Positions 1-8,100 of a DNA stretch of 64,000 nt are shown here, piece by piece. Source of the stretch: a virus (Duplodnaviria; Caudoviricetes); the IMG/VR virus record IMGVR_UViG_3300044557_000104, positions 32,001 to 96,000 of that record, one strand, 5' to 3'. The notes under the pieces are model-generated. The model was not told where the DNA came from. It worked only from the letters and a program-made list of their open reading frames with translations, and did not search any database. The position numbers and the translations under genes are program-made. The stretch's first letter is position 1; each line of letters opens with the position of its first letter.

Positions 1-54
1 AAACTTTTTCACAAAATATTAGGTATTTAAACCAAAGTGTGTTACAATATATAC

Positions 55-565
55 AGTAAGAAATTACAAAGCTACGGGGAAGCCTGAGATTGGTATAAAC
101 TGTAGTGACAATTGAATAGTACTATGGTAATGGGGAGAGACAAGTTCGCATTCATCATAGAGCGTTATCCCAGAGCGGTTAAAAACGTGAGGGTGGAAAG
201 AAAATGTGGGAAACAAGCTGGTTTATAACTTGTTGCGGTATAGAGTAGTATACGTTGAGCCGATTCTATAAAATCAACGGGAGGGCTATCTAAGTAGGAG
301 AGTAGGAGGATAGTCTGTGAGTGGCTGGCAGCTCATTAAATACTTGCCGTTGATGGCGTCTGGTGTCTTGAAAGAGATGGGCGCTATAATATTAGAATCA
401 AGTCTTATCAGAATACGAGAGCGGGTTCTACGGGTGTGGCTAGACAACACCCAGTTTAGTTCAAAGCAACTATTGTATTATAGCGAGGGACGATCTAAGG
501 TATTATCTATCTGAGGTTCTGGGTCAGATAATATTATGATCTAGCTGGCATCTACTCTCCTAAAA
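55..565 (+). ncRNA. Large ornate structured RNA (ROOL-like candidate)
   Basis: No credible ORF. Extended -10 TGTTACAAT at 40-48. Helices 71-77/100-106, 122-132/149-160, 212-217/229-234, 253-258/274-279, 284-290/309-315, 432-437/447-452. Loop-derived long-range pairings 295-305/552-562 (11 bp perfect), 262-268/393-399, 439-444/540-545. Family assignment is inferred from size, complexity and the Lactobacillales-phage context. Confidence 0.7.
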
Positions 566-1297
566 AAATGAAACGCGTATTGGGGCTTTTCTGGTTCTTA
601 TGTTTTATTTGAGTTGCTTTTCCCATAGTTGCTCTGTTAGTTTACCTTGTCTATTTGACATGTTTTCAGAGTATACTATGGGGACAACTCTATTTTCTCA
701 CAACGTTTAAAACTTTCTGGTTAAGTTCATAACATACATAATACTTCTAATTAACATTTCCAAATAAATACAATTTGATATAACTTCTAACAAAAATAAA
801 AATTGATTACTACATCACCGGTTCTCAGGTGATAACGTCCAGAGGTTCGTCCTCTGGTTGGAAGGTATTTGCGGGCTTTGCAAATTCCTTTCAAAGTAAA
901 GAACTTTAAAATATATAAATAAACTGAATAGATAACACAACTGAAAAAGAGAAAGTACATAAAGAGAAAAGATTAAAAGAGAAGAGACAAGTTCAAGAGA
1001 AGTATGTCAACGTCCCGTTGCCACCGTGGATTGCCCCACGGAGGGCATTAAGTGATAAATAACTTAATAGAGTTACTCTTTATTATTTTCTTTAAGTTGA
1101 AACAAAGTTAGGTTTAGTACAGGTAAAATACTTTTATTAGTAATTTAAGTAATTAATTTTAAATACAATAAATCATAACAATTTTTGTGGTCAATTTTAA
1201 AATAGTAGAGTTAGTAATACATAACAATAAATGTGGTCAATAATGAATTAAAGAATAAATATACATAAAATGAATAGATAATTAGTACAACTAGTTG

Positions 1298-1326
1298 TTG
1301 AAAAATACTGATAAATATGGTATAAT
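1298..1326 (+). promoter_or_regulatory. Sigma70/SigA-type early promoter for the RNase H gene
   Basis: TTGAAA-17 bp-TATAAT with extended TG; SD GGAGG before ATG 1386. Confidence 0.7.
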
Positions 1327-1385
1327 ATAGTAGTAAACTAGAACAGATTAGTCGTAGTATATGCAGACAGGAGGGTATAAATATT

Positions 1386-2183
1386 ATGAGTAGTTCAGCT
1401 AAATACTATTGTGTTGTATCAGGATTTGAAACAGGTATCTACAGATCATGGGAAGATACCCAAAAACAAACCAATCACTACAAATACCCAATTTATAAGT
1501 CGTTCAAAAATAGATGGGATGCAGAAGATTGGTTTAAGTCAGGATATAAGAAAGATAAACAGTATCTGATGTATCAAAGTCAAGGAGTAGACTTACAAGC
1601 CTACAAAGACTTTGTAACTCAAAATCCTACTAAACCAGATAAGTTTAATAAAAATAAGAAAGAACAAACTAAACCATATGATTATAAGGATTATGATGTA
1701 GTTGTATTCTCAGATGGTGGTAATCGAATTACTGGTAACATTAAAGGACAACACATTAATTCAAATGATCCATCAGCTTGGGCATATGAGTTAATTTATC
1801 CAGATAAAACTAAAGAGTCAGATTCCTATGGTTATCTAGGTAAGACAAATAATGCTATGGAAATTTCAGGATTAATCAATGGATTACAAACTATTATTGA
1901 TTCAGGTTATCAGCATAAGAAAGTATTATCTGTAATGGATTCTAAGTATGTAATTAACTCAGTTACTCAAAAGTGGATTGATGGATGGAAACGAGATAAC
2001 TGGACACGTCATGGTCAACCATTAAAGAATGCTGGATTATGGAAACAATTGTATGTATTATTACAACAGATGGATCACCTAGACATCATGTGGGTTAAAG
2101 GTCACACAGATAAGACTGATTTCTATAGTCAAGGCAACCAAGATGTTGATACACTTTTGAATAGAACAATGGATAACCTATAA
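1386..2183 (+). CDS. rnhA: Ribonuclease HI with N-terminal hybrid-binding (caulimovirus viroplasmin-like) domain
   Basis: N-terminal YYCV..G..GIY.SW...YKSF motif; catalytic motifs FSDG, TNNAMEI, DSKYV, W..NW, WVKGH, N..VD. Confidence 0.92.
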   Translation: MSSSAKYYCVVSGFETGIYRSWEDTQKQTNHYKYPIYKSFKNRWDAEDWFKSGYKKDKQYLMYQSQGVDLQAYKDFVTQNPTKPDKFNKNKKEQTKPYDYKDYDVVVFSDGGNRITGNIKGQHINSNDPSAWAYELIYPDKTKESDSYGYLGKTNNAMEISGLINGLQTIIDSGYQHKKVLSVMDSKYVINSVTQKWIDGWKRDNWTRHGQPLKNAGLWKQLYVLLQQMDHLDIMWVKGHTDKTDFYSQGNQDVDTLLNRTMDNL

Positions 2184-2204
2184 AACAGATATGCCAAAAT
2201 CTTT

Positions 2205-2214
2205 CTATATTATA
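2205..2214 (+). promoter_or_regulatory. Phage late promoter motif CTATATTA(TA)
   Basis: The same motif recurs upstream of late or structural genes at 5107, 8664, 10279, 11877, 14013, 18194, 22540, 30354, 40255, 46328, 52687 and 62750. Confidence 0.7.
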
Positions 2215-2257
2215 ACTAGTAAGATAATTTATAATTCAGAAAGGTTCTCGATAAGGA

Positions 2258-3547
2258 ATGAAAAAGTCCATTAAATGAACCCTTGGTATTACGACAGCTA
2301 CTCTAGCATTTGTTGTGGCAACAGGAGCATTCACAGTGTCTTCATATGCTGCAAAAGGTGATAAAGGTATTGACGTAAGTCATTATCAGAGTGCTACAAA
2401 GATCAAGGGATATGCAAGCGATAAGTTTATGATTTCCCAACTTGGTGGATATTATAATGGTACTTTCCGCCCACAGGAAACATATGCTACCCAAGTTCAG
2501 TACGCCATTGCCCAAGCAGTTCGTGCTCATACTTATATTTATCTGCAAGCATCTAATAATGCTCAGGTAGACCAAGCACTTGACTACTATTTACCTAAAG
2601 TTCAAACACCTAAAGGTTCTATTGTAGCCTTAGACGTTGAATCAGGGTCAACTACTACTAGTGCTATCCGCCATGGTTTAGATAGAGTTAAGGCAGCAGG
2701 TTACACCCCAGTGCTATATGGATATAAGAATTTCTTTGTATCACATGGTATTGATTATAATGGAATTGCTAAAGACTACACCTTGTGGTTGGCAGCATAT
2801 CCTAATTATAAGGTAACTACTGAGCCTAATTACCATATTTTCCCTAGTGCTAATAACGTTGGTATCTATCAATTTACCTCAACTTATGTAGCTGGTGGAT
2901 TAGATGGTAATATTGACCTGAATGGTATTACTGATAAAGGTTATGATGGTACATCTACTAGTGCTCAAGGTGGTACCAAGGTCGATACTAATAGTACAAC
3001 TCCTGCGATTAAAGCTGGTCAGGAAGCTAATAACACAGCTAAATCAGATATTAAAGCTGGAGATACTGTAAAGATTAACTTTAGTGCTACTCATTGGGCT
3101 AATGGTTCTAAATTGGCCAGCTTCGTTAAAGGTCACTCATATAAGGTATCTAGTGTAAGTGGTAATAAAGTATTGCTTAAATCTGGTAACACTTATATGG
3201 GATGGATGAACAAATCAGATGTTGAAATTCTTAGTGTTGGTACTCCTGTAACTACATCTACAGCTACTAAGAGCACAGCTAAGGTGTCTGGAACATTTAA
3301 AGATGGTGGATACACTATTACACGTCAACACGGTGTCTTCACTGCTGGACAGACCCTGAGAGTATTTGCTTATCCGGGTGCACAACCAACGGGAGCTAAA
3401 TATTTTAAAGGACAGCAAATTATCTATGATGGCTATGTAAGACGTGGCAACTACATTTATGTAAGCTATCAAATTAAAGGTGGCTACCACCATTATATTG
3501 CTGTTAGAAACGCAAATACACGGGTACTACTAGGTAGTATTCGTTAA
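2258..3547 (+). CDS. Endolysin: Sec signal peptide (interrupted by in-frame TGA at 2276-2278), GH25 muramidase, SH3-like cell-wall-binding domains
   Basis: GIDVSHYQ, ALDVE (DxE), LWLAAY and YQFTS...LDGN motifs of GH25; C-terminal SH3_5-like domain. ATG 2258 is in frame with the ORF-track GTG 2315 and gives MKKSIK*TLGITTATLAFVVATGAFTVSSYA|AKGD. Confidence 0.9.
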
Positions 3548-3612
3548 CATATAACAAAGCACCCTACACACCTCTTAACAATGTGTCCCATGTAGGGACT
3601 ACATATAATAAA

Positions 3613-3757
3613 TGCAGGCACAACTGCTTATAATTAACCAGATAGGAATTTACGTGGGGAAACCCCGTAGTTGGCAAGCAACAGAAAAACTTGTAATTTT
3701 AAAGGCTGGACATATTCCAGATAGTTGAGCTGGCAACGATAAAAATTGTGTGTACAT
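3613..3757 (+). ncRNA. Candidate small structured RNA of unknown class
   Basis: Closing stem 3618-3623/3746-3751, stem 3625-3629/3676-3680, GGG-GAAA-CCC hairpin 3651-3669, hairpins 3706-3720 and 3724-3737. Confidence 0.4.
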
Positions 3758-3793
3758 ATAATTAGTTATATTAAGAGTAAGGTGGTGAATACT

Positions 3794-4084
3794 ATGACAG
3801 AAGAAGAGTTAAAAGATAAACGTAAGATTATTTTATTGAGTGTTAAAAATCGCAAGGTCATTAAAACAGGCAATCATAATTTACATGGCCTAAGATTTTG
3901 TGCAGTCTGTGGACGACCATTAGTAGAGTACTTACCAGATAATCCAGATTATAAGTACCTAACCACAGTTAAACACTTTCACTATAATATCTTCGATAAT
4001 CTTAATGGTTCTATGTGTTATAGTATTGGATCATGTAGATACTATTTGAAAACAGTAAGAAGACACGTTATTTCAATAACGTGA
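3794..4084 (+). CDS. Hypothetical Zn-binding protein
   Basis: SD AAGGTGGTG before ATG 3794; CAVC plus C-x5-C cysteines. Confidence 0.65.
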   Translation: MTEEELKDKRKIILLSVKNRKVIKTGNHNLHGLRFCAVCGRPLVEYLPDNPDYKYLTTVKHFHYNIFDNLNGSMCYSIGSCRYYLKTVRRHVISIT

Positions 4085-4115
4085 TGAATTGCTGATTTGA
4101 AAGAAGGTAAGAATA

Positions 4116-4535
4116 GTGAGTAACCGTTTAATTGATGGAATTAAAAATGAGATTGATGATACTAAAGATGAAACTACCATTACTAATGTTAAAAAGACTA
4201 TTGAGTTATTATCAGGTCGGTTACTGCAACAGGCATCAGAGGGTACCATTGATTTAGATATTAAAGATTTAAAAGACCTAACGTCAGTTCTAGCTATGTT
4301 GAAAGATTCTGGTGAAGATAATGGCCAAATGGGTACTCCACCTGTAAGTGGTAGGATGACTGTTTACTTTAACTCAGCTTTAAATGGTCAGAAAGATAAC
4401 CCAGAACAATCTGATGATGAAACCGATATTAGTCAAGGCTTGGAAGATATGTCTGAGGAAGATGTCAACAAAATGCTGAATGCTCAGTTTGAAGAACAAA
4501 ACAAAGAAAACTTTGACAAAAATAATGAAGCGTGA
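4116..4535 (+). CDS. terS: Putative terminase small subunit
   Basis: 139-aa acidic helical protein and the last CDS before terL, matching Herelleviridae synteny; assignment is by position and size. Confidence 0.55.
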   Translation: MSNRLIDGIKNEIDDTKDETTITNVKKTIELLSGRLLQQASEGTIDLDIKDLKDLTSVLAMLKDSGEDNGQMGTPPVSGRMTVYFNSALNGQKDNPEQSDDETDISQGLEDMSEEDVNKMLNAQFEEQNKENFDKNNEA

Positions 4536-4541
4536 TATACT
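4513..4541 (+). promoter_or_regulatory. Strong SigA-type promoter (sRNA cassette 1)
   Basis: TTGACA-17 bp-TATACT with extended TG. Confidence 0.85.
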
Positions 4542-4547
4542 ATAATC

Positions 4548-4744
4548 AAGTTGATAGATAAACCTTTTACATTATAATATCGTGCTAATTAAGTCATAAT
4601 CTTATCTATTAACCTAGTAGTAATACTTGTTGGAGCAGGTGTTACTATGAATTGTGGCAGGTATTCAATCGTTAAGATACTTGGCATTTTTGAAAACTCC
4701 TTTTTATTGATTGCAGAGAAGAGACTGTGTGAGGTCTCTTTTTT
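4548..4744 (+). ncRNA. Putative antisense sRNA 1
   Basis: Bounded by a consensus promoter and an intrinsic terminator (4719-4744); two 5' hairpins; anti-start CAT 4685-4687 and anti-SD CTCCTT 4697-4702. Confidence 0.65.
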
Positions 4745-4762
4745 GTTTGCCTGAATAAATAG

Positions 4763-4791
4763 TTGACAAAACATTTAATTCATGCTATTAT
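4763..4791 (+). promoter_or_regulatory. Strong SigA-type promoter (sRNA cassette 2)
   Basis: TTGACA-17 bp-TATTAT with extended TG. Confidence 0.85.
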
Positions 4792-4797
4792 AGTACT

Positions 4798-4909
4798 TGT
4801 AGATGAGTAATATCATCTACACTTGCTGATTTTCATGATGTTTGTTTTCAACCTATTTATATTTTTCCTCTACTTTGCCTTCCCCTTGTGTGCAATGTAG
4901 AGGTTTTTT
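4798..4909 (+). ncRNA. Putative antisense sRNA 2
   Basis: 5' hairpin 4799-4820, U-rich single-stranded region with CAT 4834-4836 and ACCT 4851-4854, terminator 4867-4909. Confidence 0.6.
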
Positions 4910-4918
4910 GTGCTATAA

Positions 4919-4947
4919 TTGACATTTTAAACAGATCATGATATTAT
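4919..4947 (+). promoter_or_regulatory. Strong SigA-type promoter (sRNA cassette 3)
   Basis: TTGACA-17 bp-TATTAT with extended TG. Confidence 0.85.
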
Positions 4948-4952
4948 ATGTA

Positions 4953-5091
4953 CATGGTAGGATGTTAATACATCTCATAGGGGTAAACCGCATACTACCT
5001 ATGAACTACCATTACAACTCATGGTTGTATACCTCCTTTTCCATAATATAGTTTACACTGCGGTTGGTATCCCACTTGGGGTACCTTTTTT
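4953..5091 (+). ncRNA. Putative antisense sRNA 3
   Basis: 5' stem; anti-start CAT 5020-5022 in a hairpin loop; anti-SD CCTCCTTT 5032-5039; terminator 5066-5091. Confidence 0.65.
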
Positions 5092-5153
5092 AATACTGTG
5101 GTGTTGCTATATTATAAATTACAAACAAATAAGTAACAGAAAGGATTGATAAA

Positions 5154-8100
5154 TTGAATGGTAAACAACTAGATTCTATGATTAGAGATACCTTTAATCT
5201 GGGGTCTAACGATCCAATTACACCAAAGCAATTGAACTATGTAATGGGACTAATGGTACCTTCTAACTACTTGTTGCAGAACCATACTATTGATGGTAAG
5301 CCAGTGACTTACAACATTCCTAACCGTAATGAGAATATGGCACGAGGACATCGACCTTGGCAGGTAGATATAATTAACGATATGAGTAAAAATTTGGTTG
5401 TTATCAAAGGTCGCCAAATGGGTTTAAGTGAAGTTGGTATAAGTCAAATGATATGGTTCGCAGATACACACTCCTATGACCACGTGAATTGTCTATATGC
5501 TTTTCCTAAGTAAGATGTGGGACTTTTAGGAGCAATCCTAATTGAAAAACTCTGTTAAACGGGCATAGCCAAGATAACTACTATATAAACAATAGGCTGG
5601 TAAGAAAGACTAAATCCCAATAGTAGGGGACAGAGTTAATCACCGTAGTAAATCAGTATTGTATTCGATACTGTAAATCTCTAGAGACTAAATTTCTAGG
5701 TAGCTACTAAAATGGTAGTAGTAAGAACTAGATAAGAAAAATTTTAACAGAGGTAATCAATATGCCTAAATTTAAGACACAAGATGAATTTATAAATGAT
5801 GTTTATGCTAAATATGGTGATCAGTTTTCTGTTATTGGAAAATACGTTAGAAGTACTACTCGTGTAAGAATTAAGTGTAATGTATGTGGATATACATTTG
5901 ATGCTATGCCAAATACTTTGCTCACTAGAGGACGAGGTTACAAATGTAAGAAGTGTCTGATGAGTAATCCTAATTATGCTAATGAAGTATATAAGGAGTA
6001 TAATGGTAAATTTTCTGTTTTAAGTAGTTACAAGGGTTGTGATACACCTGTTTTATATAGATGTAATGTTCATAATAAGGAGTTTAAAATGAAACCAACT
6101 TCCTTTAGAAGATCAAATTTTAAATGTCCTGTATGTAAATATAACCACGCTACTGAAAAGCAGAGAAAAACAGACACCCAATTTAAGTCAGAGTTGAATA
6201 AAGCACATCATGGTAGAATAATTGCGCTTGATAAATATGTTAACACACATACTAAAATAAAATTCAAGTGTACTGTATGTGGAAGTGTATTTTGTACTGA
6301 GCCAAATGCTGTTTTGAGAATTAGCGGATGCCCAAAGTGTTCTTATAGTACTGGTGAAACTATTATAAAAGACTTGTTTGATGATGAAGGTATTGATTAT
6401 GAGTCACCAAAGAAGTTTCCAGATTGTGTATATAAAAGGCAATTGCATTTTGACTTTTACCTAGAAAAGTATAACCTTCTTATTGAATTTGATGGGGAAC
6501 AGCATAATAAAGCTGTTGACTTCTTTGGTGGGGAGGAATACTTAAAAGATTATAAAATACGAGATAGTATTAAAAATGAATATGCTATTAAAAATAATAT
6601 TAATTTAATGCGTATACCATATATTAGAGATAAAAATGAAGTTTGCAAAATAATAATGAACTTTATTAAATATAAATCATCAGATTACCTTGTTAATAAA
6701 TAAGTAAAGCAGAGACTCTTATACCAAAAGTTAAGAGTAAGAGATAGTCCACTCCCTAAATAAATATTGGGAAACCAAGGGTATAAAGAACATATAAGCA
6801 AATGAACACATTCTACAAGCAACGTCTAAAGCCTGAGTTTACATCAGGTGGGTATTATAGTAGTTTGGTAGATGAAAAGCATGGAATGTCTATGGATCAA
6901 ATGAACATTAGAGATTCGTCAGTAACATTCCGTACATCAAGTAAGGGAGCAAGTCTTGAAGGACTCAAGGTTGACCTTGCTTCGTTGGATTTATAATAAG
7001 TCCAGTATTGTAGTAATATAATAATATAAACACTGTTAAACGGGCATAGCCAATATAACTACTATATAAACAATAGGCTGGTAAGAAAGACTAAATCCTA
7101 GTAGTAGAGGGCAGAGTTAATCACCGTACTAAATTAGTAGAAATACTATACAGGTCTAACGACTATCGAACAGGGAGTTAATTAAATGGAATTAACAAGA
7201 CTTAGTAGAGTAAAACTCATAGTAATATGAGAGGAAAAGCAGTGAGTCCTACACCAAAAGGTAGGATTAAGAGATAGTCTAAACCCTAAATAAATATTGG
7301 GAAACCAAGGGTACTAATTGGAATATGACAGATTGAGTCCTTTAGCTGAGCAATCAGCTATTCAATCAATGGCATCATCTAAGTATCAATTACTAAGAAG
7401 ATGGTCAACGCCTACAACAAGCCACTATGGTATCCACAAATTGTTTGAACAATCAGATCAACGATTCTGGACTCATAAATGCCCACATTGTGGATATTGT
7501 CAAGTAATGGATTATGATAAAAATATTAAACTTCTTAATAAAGATGGTATTGATGTCATTGGTAAAAAAGTATACCCTGGAACCTTTCAATATGTTTGTC
7601 AGAAATGTGGTAAGCCACTAGACAGATGGTATGACGGATTTTGGGATATTACATCACCCGGTGATGGTGGTCGTGCTCATGGGTACTCACTATCACAAAT
7701 GGACTGTGTGTGGATCAGTGCTTCAAAACTTAAAGAATCTGAAATGAATGCACCAAGTAAATCATACTTCTACAACTATAGTTTAGGTCGCCCATATCAA
7801 GATGATAGTTTATCCTTTAAGAGTGCAGATGTTTATTCTCACATTGCAGACTATGATCGTCCATTTGATAGAAGCAACTACACCCTAGTATCCGCTGGAA
7901 TTGATTGGGGTTAAATCTTAGCTCCACTATAGAGTAATCTATAGGAAAATAAAACACTGTTAAACGGGCATAGCCAATATAACTACTATATAAACAATAG
8001 GCTGGTAAGAAAGACTAAATCCTAGTAGTAGAGGACAGAGTTAATCACCGTAGTAAATCAGTAGTATAATAAATACTGTAAATCTCTAGAGACTATCGAA

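Noticed and set aside
317-514. 65-aa ORF from the ORF track
   Set aside because: Lies inside the densely base-paired RNA; its apparent SD is part of a helix/pseudoknot and the peptide has no recognisable features
2276-4535. Genome-wide TGA recoding
   Set aside because: TGA ends genes at 4084 and 4535, and all long ORFs are intact in the standard code with TGG for Trp
4589-4774. Minus-strand 61-aa ORF as a type I toxin
   Set aside because: No transmembrane-like segment and no clear minus-strand promoter; it crosses a plus-strand terminator and promoter. Kept only as the alternative to the sRNA model.
1-5150. tRNA genes in the intergenic regions
   Set aside because: No cloverleaf with a T-loop GTTCRA and acceptor stem could be built by eye; tRNAscan-SE or ARAGORN would settle it
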